In this document: positions 24,699 through 32,000 of the stretch, piece after piece
Layout: every line of letters begins with the position of its first letter
Position numbering within the stretch: the stretch's first letter is position 1
Source of the DNA: an uncultured Christensenella sp.
Lineage (GTDB): Bacteria > Bacillota > Clostridia > Christensenellales > UBA1242
NCBI GenBank assembly: GCA_949841595.1
Contig: CATKZB010000011.1
Span: 1 to 32,000 of the forward strand
Reading direction: 5' to 3'
DNA: 32,000 nucleotides
The notes under the pieces: generated by a model
Database searches by the model: none
Told to the model about the DNA's origin: nothing
Seen by the model: the letters and a program-made list of their open reading frames with translations, nothing else
Made by a program: the position numbers and the translations under genes

Positions 24699-27582
24699 AA
24701 AACGCTCGTCTTATTGTTTCCACTGGTTTTTGTTTTGAAATGGATGCTATTGGCATGATAGCTGAAATTGTTCCAACCAAAATGCTCAGTCCAAGAGTAA
24801 TCAAAATTTGTCTTATACCAAATGATGCGAGAGGGATGTAGAGACTGAGATAATTGGATAAGAACATATTTACAAAAATGCTTCCAACAGCTGAAATCAC
24901 GCATGCGACAATGGCATTAATTATGGCGATTGCAACAGCTTCTACAATAAACATCTTCAAAATATCCGAACCTCTTGCACCAAGTGCACGTAATATACCA
25001 ATTTCTGCATATTTGTTTTTGATGCTTGTTGAAATGAAATTTGAAAACATAACTATACTGAAGATGGCAAAAACTCCAGAAATAATCAAGAACAGCATTG
25101 AGAGTTTTGAGAAGAAATCACCATTTGTTCTTATCAAAGCAATTGCATTATTTTTGCAAGAGTAGCAAATTCCACTGTTGTTTAAAAAGATTGAGCCAAG
25201 AGAATTTATGTTACCTTTTCCCAAGTTTGTGGCAAGAAGCGAAGAATATTTTCCTTGCATTAGATTTATTCCAAGATTGCTCATGCCAGATGTTGTCATT
25301 ACAAATGAAGTTGAAGGGGAGATATCAACGCCTGTGAAAAATCCTACAATTTTATAAGTTTTGTTTTCCACTTTAACTTCAACAAGTTGAGAAGTTCCAG
25401 GTTGGTATTTGCTTGTATCCAATTTTTTTACTGTAAGTTCTCTGTTGAATATGCTTTCAGTTCTCTGTTGGTTGTTTATTTTGTCAATTGATGTTTGAAC
25501 TTCGTCAAGATAAGTCAGTGCTCCTCTCATAGCTGAAAGTTTTTCTTCATTAGGAATGTTTTTGTTAAGCATACTGATATAATTTTCTATTTCGCTTGCA
25601 TGGTTAGGAAAATTTGGATTGTTGTTTGCATTGCTTTTTAAGTAAGTTATAAGATCAGAATAAAGATTTGAGAATTGTCTAACGTCAATCATAATTTCAT
25701 TGTTTTCGAGTGTGGTTTTATCTTCATTTATGAATATGTAATTAGATGTAAGTTTCTTTAAATCATCAAAATTATAGAAATTTTCTCGAGATGTTGTTAT
25801 TGTTTTGCCCAAATTTGAAACATCTTTTGTTGTAAATTGATATGCATATGCTCTGTTTATGTATCTACTTAAAGTATTAAATTTTTGATATGCATAATTT
25901 GAAAAGCCTGGTTTCATAAATCCATATAAATAAAAGCCATTATTTATGTAGTTTAAAAATTCATTTTGTTCAATAGTTGAACTATTGTCAAAATTTGATT
26001 TTAAACTGTCAAATTTTTTGTTTATTTTTCCGGTATCTATGATTCCAACAATTTTGTATGAAACCTTGTTTCCTGTTGTGCCAATTGTCAAAACAAGAGG
26101 ATTTTCTTCGTTTATAATTTCGTTTACACTGTTTAAAACAGTCGTTTCATTTTCAGTGTTTTTGTAAGTATACCACCAGTTGACCATGCAGTTTGCAAAA
26201 TATTCAGTAATTGCAATCTCTTCAAAATCTTTTGGAAGTCGACCTTGAGATAGTTTGAAATTGTAATTGTTTAAATCTTCATCATCAAATTCAACAATTC
26301 CACGAAGTGCTTTGTAATAATAATATTTGCTTATAGTGCAAGCATTGTTGTTGTTCAATTCGGTTGGGGTGGTGGTGCCAATATAATAAGAATTATAAAC
26401 ACCTTTCACATCATAGCCTGTTTGAGATGAAAGTGATGAGAGAAGTGCTTCATTAACTGAAATATCATAAGAGTTTCCACTTTCTTCTTTGATGTTTGTA
26501 GTAATTGTTGTTGATGGGGTGATAGAAGATTTTAAAGTGTTGACTGTAAGTCTACCTTCATCATATATTGCCATTGCATCGAAAATTCCAAATACAGAAA
26601 AGGCAATGGCACATAGAAGAATTGTGATGGCAAGCCTTATCTTTTTTGTTTTTAAAGTGTTTAGTCCAAGTTTTATTGTCCCCCAGAGGCTTAACTTTGT
26701 TTTAATGAAAGGTGAGGTTGAATCATACGTTTTTTTGTTTTTTATTGTGGTGTTGTTTGTTACTATGTTTATGTTGTCTGTGACATGCAAATCTTTTCCT
26801 TCTTGTATGCCTTTTTTTATTGTTTTGAGATCTGTTTCTTTTAATTTTGCACCACGCTTAATTGAAATTACATCATTTTTTTCAACTAAGTTGGTCTTTT
26901 TGCTTTCATCCACGTTTATTGTAATATCACTTTCTACTTTTCCGTCTTTAAGGTTTATGATTCTGTCTGCAAAAGTATTGGCAAGTTCAAGATCATGCGA
27001 AACTACGATAACCAATTTTTCTTTAGACAATTTTTTAAGTAAAGACAAAATTTGGAGCCCATTTTCAGTGTCAAGAGCTCCAGTAGGCTCATCTGCAATG
27101 ATGATTGAAGGATTTTTAACAATTGCTCTTGCAATTGCAACACGTTGTCTTTGTCCTCCAGAAAGTTCTTGTGGTTTTCTGTTTTCAACATCATGCAAAT
27201 CAACTTTTTCTAGAATTTCTTTTACAGATTCACCATTGTCTTTCACACCTTGAAGTTCTGTTGCTAAACTTATATTTTTGGAAATTGTAAGATTTTCCAA
27301 AAGATTGTATTCTTGAAAAACAAAACCTATGTAAGTGTTTCTGTAACTGTCATAATCAGCTTTTGTGAAGTCTTTTGTGCTTTTTTCTTTTATAAGAATT
27401 TCACCATCGGAGAAGTTATCCAAACCTCCGATGCAATTTAAAAGAGTTGTTTTTCCAGAACCACTTTTTCCAGTTATGAAAACCATTCCAGTTTCTTCAA
27501 AATAAAGGTTGATATCGTCAAGTGCTTTAACATCTCCACTTTTTGTTGAATAGACTTTTGAGATATTTTTTAATTCTAACAT
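24697..27582 (-). CDS. Fused ABC ATP-binding plus FtsX/MacB-type permease protein with a large extracytoplasmic domain
   Basis: N-terminal GKSGSGKTTLLN, LSGGQRQRVAIARA, IIADEPTGALD. A TM segment, then an N/T/Y-rich domain of about 500 aa, then a C-terminal FtsX-like 3-TM bundle (GILRALGARGSDI). Confidence 0.85.
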   Translation of the reverse strand: MLELKNISKVYSTKSGDVKALDDINLYFEETGMVFITGKSGSGKTTLLNCIGGLDNFSDGEILIKEKSTKDFTKADYDSYRNTYIGFVFQEYNLLENLTISKNISLATELQGVKDNGESVKEILEKVDLHDVENRKPQELSGGQRQRVAIARAIVKNPSIIIADEPTGALDTENGLQILSLLKKLSKEKLVIVVSHDLELANTFADRIINLKDGKVESDITINVDESKKTNLVEKNDVISIKRGAKLKETDLKTIKKGIQEGKDLHVTDNINIVTNNTTIKNKKTYDSTSPFIKTKLSLWGTIKLGLNTLKTKKIRLAITILLCAIAFSVFGIFDAMAIYDEGRLTVNTLKSSITPSTTITTNIKEESGNSYDISVNEALLSSLSSQTGYDVKGVYNSYYIGTTTPTELNNNNACTISKYYYYKALRGIVEFDDEDLNNYNFKLSQGRLPKDFEEIAITEYFANCMVNWWYTYKNTENETTVLNSVNEIINEENPLVLTIGTTGNKVSYKIVGIIDTGKINKKFDSLKSNFDNSSTIEQNEFLNYINNGFYLYGFMKPGFSNYAYQKFNTLSRYINRAYAYQFTTKDVSNLGKTITTSRENFYNFDDLKKLTSNYIFINEDKTTLENNEIMIDVRQFSNLYSDLITYLKSNANNNPNFPNHASEIENYISMLNKNIPNEEKLSAMRGALTYLDEVQTSIDKINNQQRTESIFNRELTVKKLDTSKYQPGTSQLVEVKVENKTYKIVGFFTGVDISPSTSFVMTTSGMSNLGINLMQGKYSSLLATNLGKGNINSLGSIFLNNSGICYSCKNNAIALIRTNGDFFSKLSMLFLIISGVFAIFSIVMFSNFISTSIKNKYAEIGILRALGARGSDILKMFIVEAVAIAIINAIVACVISAVGSIFVNMFLSNYLSLYIPLASFGIRQILITLGLSILVGTISAIMPIASISKQKPVETIRRAF

Positions 27583-27746
27583 GACATCCCTCGCATTTTT
27601 ATATTTATAAATTTATATTATCACAAACTGAAGAAAAAGTTAAAACGAAAATCGAAAGTTGTCGATTTATTTTAATTCATGATGATAACATTAAACATTT
27701 TGTGACATATTATTTTAAAGTGTGATAATTTTATTTTATAAAAAGT

Positions 27747-27775
27747 TTGGAAAATTATTAGGTTTATGTTAAAAT
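27747..27775 (+). promoter_or_regulatory. Promoter of the glycosidase-like lipoprotein gene
   Basis: TTGGAA, 17-nt spacer, TGtTAAAAT. The ORF-track ATG at 27766 lies inside the extended -10. Confidence 0.5.
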
Positions 27776-27804
27776 CAAATCATAGAATTATGGAGAGCAA
27801 AAGT

Positions 27805-29739
27805 ATGGGAAAAGTTTATAAATTTTTATCTCTTTTGATTATACTTCCACTTTTGGGGCTGTTTGCCTTAAGTGGTTGCTCTTTGTTTGAGGTGGACTGG
27901 AGTATCAATGATGGCTTTGACACAGAAGAGTATATTCCACCTGATTATGATTTCTCAGTTTCAGCCAGTCTTGATAAAATAAATGTGGTTGTCTCAAATG
28001 TCGGAGAATATGGAGAGAGTGCCACACTAGTTGCATTGCCAATTTACCAATATCTTTTTGGTGAGGAAATCACTGGACTTTCTGAAAACAACAATTCTAC
28101 ACCTATAGAATTGTCTAGTTATGAATGTGGAACGAGTCAAAAATTTGTTTTTGACAGATATTTTGATGATGTTGATGGAATTTATTTGAAATATTATGTT
28201 GTCAGTGCAGAAGATGAAATTTTGGCAGGGCCAATGTTTTGCACAGAAATAGAGTCAATATATCAGCATGAAGATCCATTGCCAGAAGCAAAAAGCATTA
28301 AAGGTGTTATGTGTGAAGACGACTACACTGATGCCGTAAAGGATTTAGGTTGCTCATATACTGAAATTAATTTTGTTATGGATTATATGATTGCTCCAAA
28401 TGAATATTATAATTCTTCCACTGGAAAAGTTGAACAAATTACTTATATTGAAGGAGAGAATGATAAAGGAGAGTTTACAATTTCAGATGGAAATGAAACT
28501 TGGGCAGCTGAATACATAGATTATAACGGACAAAGATATTATTTTAGATTAGATGTCGGTGATGTTGTAAGTTTAAGGCACTATGATGAGATTATAAAAA
28601 AATATACCGACGATGGCATTAGAGTCACTTTGATTATGCTTTTACATAATGTTAATAATCCTTTCTTACAACCTTATTACATATGTTATCCAGCGACTGC
28701 AGGAGATTCTTCGGCTTTGGTGCAACTCAACACAAGCAATATGTATGGTGCAAATTATTGGGGTGCATTTATGGAATTTTTGGCAAAAAGATATTCGGCT
28801 GAAAATTCAAAATATGGAAATGTTCAAACTTATGTGCTTGGAAACGAAATCGATGCTTCTTCAACTTGGAACAAAATTGTTGCTCCAAACCAACCTCCAC
28901 TCACTTTGGAAAATTATGTTGAAGAATATGAAAGACAAATGAGAATTGCTGATTTGGCAACAAAAAAATATTATCAAATAAATCAAATTTTGGTTTCAAT
29001 AACTCATTATTGGGTGCAAGCATTTGAAGAATATTCTCCAAAAGCTATTTTGGACTATATGACTTTAAAAACGTTGAAGCAAGGGAACTATGACTATGGT
29101 TTTGCAATCCATCCATATGGAGTTGATTTGGGAGATCCTGAATTTTGGTCAAATGACTTGTCATATTCTTCAATGAATGGTTCTTTAAACACATCAAGCA
29201 TCACTTGGAGCAACTTGGAAGTTATTCAACTTTATCTTGAACAAACCTCAAAATTAATTAATGGAAAAGTTCGTTCGGTATATTTGACAGAAGGGGGTGT
29301 TTCATCTTCGTCAGGAAACAGTGAAATGTTTGAAAAAACAAAAAATCAACAGGCTGCAGGTATTGCGTATTTGTATTACAAAAGCACCCAACTCAGTTGC
29401 ATAAAAGCTGTGATATATTACCGACTTGTGGATGCTCCACTTGAAAATGCATATTTTGGACTTTGCACTCCTGAAGGTATTAAAAAACCTGCTTATGATG
29501 TTTATAAATATATAGATACTCAATATTCTTTTGAGGTTTCCGATCCATATTTAAAATATATCACTTGGACAGTGTCCTTAGGGCCAGGTCGTCCTCCTTA
29601 TGCTTTTGGGCAAGAAATTGGTAATGTTAATTCTTATAAAGATACAATGAAACTTTTTGCTAGTAAATTCGATTGGTCAAATTGGAACGAAGATTTGATA
29701 ACAACCAGAATAATAGAAAAGGAGGAGTATTTGGAATAA
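27805..29739 (+). CDS. Lipoprotein with a TIM-barrel glycoside-hydrolase-like (clan GH-A-like, DUF5722-like) domain
   Basis: Lipobox LSGC-S. YVLGNEID (acid/base NE) and VYLTEGG (nucleophile E) motifs. GGAG 9 nt before ATG 27805. Confidence 0.6.
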   Translation: MGKVYKFLSLLIILPLLGLFALSGCSLFEVDWSINDGFDTEEYIPPDYDFSVSASLDKINVVVSNVGEYGESATLVALPIYQYLFGEEITGLSENNNSTPIELSSYECGTSQKFVFDRYFDDVDGIYLKYYVVSAEDEILAGPMFCTEIESIYQHEDPLPEAKSIKGVMCEDDYTDAVKDLGCSYTEINFVMDYMIAPNEYYNSSTGKVEQITYIEGENDKGEFTISDGNETWAAEYIDYNGQRYYFRLDVGDVVSLRHYDEIIKKYTDDGIRVTLIMLLHNVNNPFLQPYYICYPATAGDSSALVQLNTSNMYGANYWGAFMEFLAKRYSAENSKYGNVQTYVLGNEIDASSTWNKIVAPNQPPLTLENYVEEYERQMRIADLATKKYYQINQILVSITHYWVQAFEEYSPKAILDYMTLKTLKQGNYDYGFAIHPYGVDLGDPEFWSNDLSYSSMNGSLNTSSITWSNLEVIQLYLEQTSKLINGKVRSVYLTEGGVSSSSGNSEMFEKTKNQQAAGIAYLYYKSTQLSCIKAVIYYRLVDAPLENAYFGLCTPEGIKKPAYDVYKYIDTQYSFEVSDPYLKYITWTVSLGPGRPPYAFGQEIGNVNSYKDTMKLFASKFDWSNWNEDLITTRIIEKEEYLE

Positions 29740-29780
29740 AAAACATCAAACAAAAAAAATAAAATAAAAAAGGAGAAAAA

Positions 29781-31574
29781 ATGAAAAAGAAATTATTTAC
29801 ATTTTGTTTAGCTTTGTTTGCAATCTGTGGATGTGGAATATTTCTCTTGACAGGTTGTGGCGAGCAAAATTTCGATGTCAATAAAGTGACAATCGAAAAC
29901 ACAACTTCTGTTTATGATGGACAGGCTAAGTCGGTGAAAGTTGAAAATGTTCCAGATTGGGTCAAAACTTCAGTGGCTTATTATGCTGACGAAAGTCACG
30001 AAGAATCTGTTTCTGCACCAGTTGATGCAGGCACATATTATGTTGTTGTTTCTTTTGCTAATGATAAAGGAAACAAACTTGCTGATGATAAAGTTGCAAC
30101 TTTAATTATAGAAAAGGCAGATTTTACCGAAATTGAAGTTACTGTTTCAGCAAATTACACAATCACTGAGATTGTTGATAATGTTCCACAGGAAGTTGAA
30201 AAATCTGTTGTTGCAAGTGTGGATGAAGATGGGGAATATTATTTTGAATATAATTCTCAAATTCAAACATTTAATGTGAGAGCAAGTGTGATAGCAGATG
30301 GAAATAGCTTATCGGGGGGGGTGTATTATTATAATGCAAAGAACCCAGATGGAACATTTGACGAAAACAACAGCGTTCAGTCAAATCCTGTTTTGCAAAA
30401 TGTTGGAGATAAACTCTATTTAAACATGATTTTAAATGATAAAAATCATAATACATATAACTTGACAAAAGAAGTTGTGCTTGAAAGAATCACAGTAAGA
30501 GAAATTAAAACTTATGAAGATTTGTGTGCTATGTATGATGATATCAACAATGACTATGTAAGTGGCTCTGAACAAGTTAATAATGCTGGAGAACTTAGAT
30601 GGAGACGTTGGGTTTTGAAAAATGACATTGACTGCCAAGGAAATGTCTGGAAAGTTATTGGAAGCGCATATTTTGCTGACAATGAAGGAGCTTTCTTTAT
30701 AGGTGAATTTGACGGAAATGGTCACACAATCAGAAACTTGAAAATTACCAATGATTCAGTGGAAAACATAAATGCAACAAATGGAATCAATGTGGGATTG
30801 TTTGGTTATGCAGCGTCTGCATATGTGCATGATGTGAATTTTGAAAATGCATCAATTGAAATTGATACAAATGCCACAGATAAAACAGAAGCATATGCTT
30901 GGAGTGGAATTAACCCTGTTTATGCTGGTGTGGTTATTGGTAGAGCAGGATCAGCACATGATGAAAACAGGCTTGAAAATATAAATGTTAAGAACAGTAA
31001 AATCAATATCGATGCATATAAATCTGTAGTTGGTGGAATTATTGGTTTTGATGAATATAATTATAATCATGACAATGTTACTAGAAACAATTTAGATCTT
31101 GAAAATGTGGATATTTTTGCAATTAACAAAAGTGAACACCAAAATCAAAGAGTTGTTGTAGGTGGACTTGTTGGAGATGTAAGATGTTACACAAATTCTT
31201 ATTATTCAACAATCACATATTCAAACTGTGATTTGAGAGATGTTAATATTGGATTCGACTATGCAAGCTGGAATGATAAATATCAAGAAACCAATGAAAT
31301 AGATAATGAATTTATTTCAAATGCAGGCTTTGTTGAATATTATGTTGCAGGTTTTGTGGCTTATGTGAGAGGACCAATTGTATTCAACAGCTGTACATTA
31401 GAAAACTATAATCTTGCAACTGACAGAACTACTGGATATTTCAGTTTTAAAGATGCTCAAGAAGCTGTGACAATTACATTTGAAGAATGCAGTCAAACTG
31501 AAGGCGAAGGAGAATTTGCTGGTGTTTGGTTTGGTGGAGAAAAAAGGACAGATGTTGTTTGGACAGAAGCTTAA
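29781..31574 (+). CDS. Surface lipoprotein with an MBG-like N-terminal domain and GLUG-motif repeats
   Basis: Lipobox LTGC-G. YDGQAKSV...DAGTYYVVV, GLFGYA, GGIIGF, GGLVGDV. G8 tract at 30314-30321. Confidence 0.6.
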   Translation: MKKKLFTFCLALFAICGCGIFLLTGCGEQNFDVNKVTIENTTSVYDGQAKSVKVENVPDWVKTSVAYYADESHEESVSAPVDAGTYYVVVSFANDKGNKLADDKVATLIIEKADFTEIEVTVSANYTITEIVDNVPQEVEKSVVASVDEDGEYYFEYNSQIQTFNVRASVIADGNSLSGGVYYYNAKNPDGTFDENNSVQSNPVLQNVGDKLYLNMILNDKNHNTYNLTKEVVLERITVREIKTYEDLCAMYDDINNDYVSGSEQVNNAGELRWRRWVLKNDIDCQGNVWKVIGSAYFADNEGAFFIGEFDGNGHTIRNLKITNDSVENINATNGINVGLFGYAASAYVHDVNFENASIEIDTNATDKTEAYAWSGINPVYAGVVIGRAGSAHDENRLENINVKNSKINIDAYKSVVGGIIGFDEYNYNHDNVTRNNLDLENVDIFAINKSEHQNQRVVVGGLVGDVRCYTNSYYSTITYSNCDLRDVNIGFDYASWNDKYQETNEIDNEFISNAGFVEYYVAGFVAYVRGPIVFNSCTLENYNLATDRTTGYFSFKDAQEAVTITFEECSQTEGEGEFAGVWFGGEKRTDVVWTEA

Positions 31575-31583
31575 ACACAAAAA

Positions 31584-31608
31584 AAAGACCAATTATTGGT
31601 CTTTTTTT
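31584..31608 (+). terminator. Intrinsic terminator
   Basis: aaagacca-attat-tggtcttt followed by T-run. Confidence 0.75.
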
Positions 31609-31693
31609 GTTAATGTAAATTTATTCTTTATTTAAGATTGACAAAGACTTAAAATTTTGTAATAATGATTACATATTTAAAAGGATGAAAATT

Positions 31694-32000
31694 ATGTCAT
31701 TTAAAATGCCAGCTAAAGCTGATTTAAAATCAAGAACATCAACAATTTCTAATGCTTTTGCAATTTCAATAACTCCTTACATAAAACCAACAAAAGAGCA
31801 AGAGAAAAAACTTATGGAAATATTAGATATTTCTGAAGGACAGTGTGCTTATTGTTTAAGATATGCAAATTCAACTGACCATTTTAGACCTTTGGTAGAG
31901 AAAGGTGAGCCATCTGGATTTATTTCTGATATACACAACTTGGTGCCTTGTTGTGCCTCTTGCAACAGCAGTAAAGGTAAAAGAAATTGGGACGAATGGT
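31694..32000 (+). CDS. HNH endonuclease-family protein, N-terminal part (runs off the window)
   Basis: Open frame from ATG 31694 (AAGGA 8 nt upstream). CAYCL...STDHFRPL...NLVPCCASCNSSKG is an HNH/zinc-finger nuclease core. Confidence 0.6.
   Translation, partial: MSFKMPAKADLKSRTSTISNAFAISITPYIKPTKEQEKKLMEILDISEGQCAYCLRYANSTDHFRPLVEKGEPSGFISDIHNLVPCCASCNSSKGKRNWDEW

Overview
This is a low-GC, Firmicutes-like window (rpsO-pnp, recJ-relA-hemZ, a DUF421/YetF-like protein and a BclA-like collagen protein suggest a spore-forming Clostridia-type host). All calls come from manual reading of the sequence and ORF track; no database search was run, and hairpin and promoter coordinates are approximate to a few nt. 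The left third (about 250-8800) is an accessory island next to tRNA-Leu(CAA). The 3' end of that tRNA plus its terminator is duplicated 1.1 kb downstream, which looks like an att site. Directly after the duplicate lies a diversity-generating retroelement (DGR): an Avd-like gene, a 110-nt template repeat (TR), a DGR-type reverse transcriptase, and a downstream target gene. The target's variable repeat (VR) differs from TR almost only at TR adenines. The target is unusual. The VR sits near the N-terminus of a 696-707 aa protein with no signal peptide, whose C-terminal half is a MoxR-like AAA+ ATPase. It is translationally coupled to a small possibly AAA-like ORF without a P-loop, followed by a vWA plus HExxH metallopeptidase (DUF2201-like) protein. 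This may be an intracellular, DGR-programmable ATPase/vWA system. The cassette also shows possible decay or regulation: avd is split by a frameshift at an A_AAA_AAC heptamer, there are 3 non-adenine TR/VR mismatches and a 3-nt indel, and TR carries an in-frame TAA. The rest of the window is mostly core or ordinary accessory genes: recJ, a relA-like RSH with a degenerate hydrolase domain, hemZ-like radical SAM, a divergent XRE pair with a palindromic operator, rpsO-pnp, an NrtR-like Nudix regulator, a P-loop-CYTH fusion, a collagen-like protein, ABC transporters, lipoproteins, and a partial HNH nuclease at the right edge. No CRISPR array or rRNA was seen.
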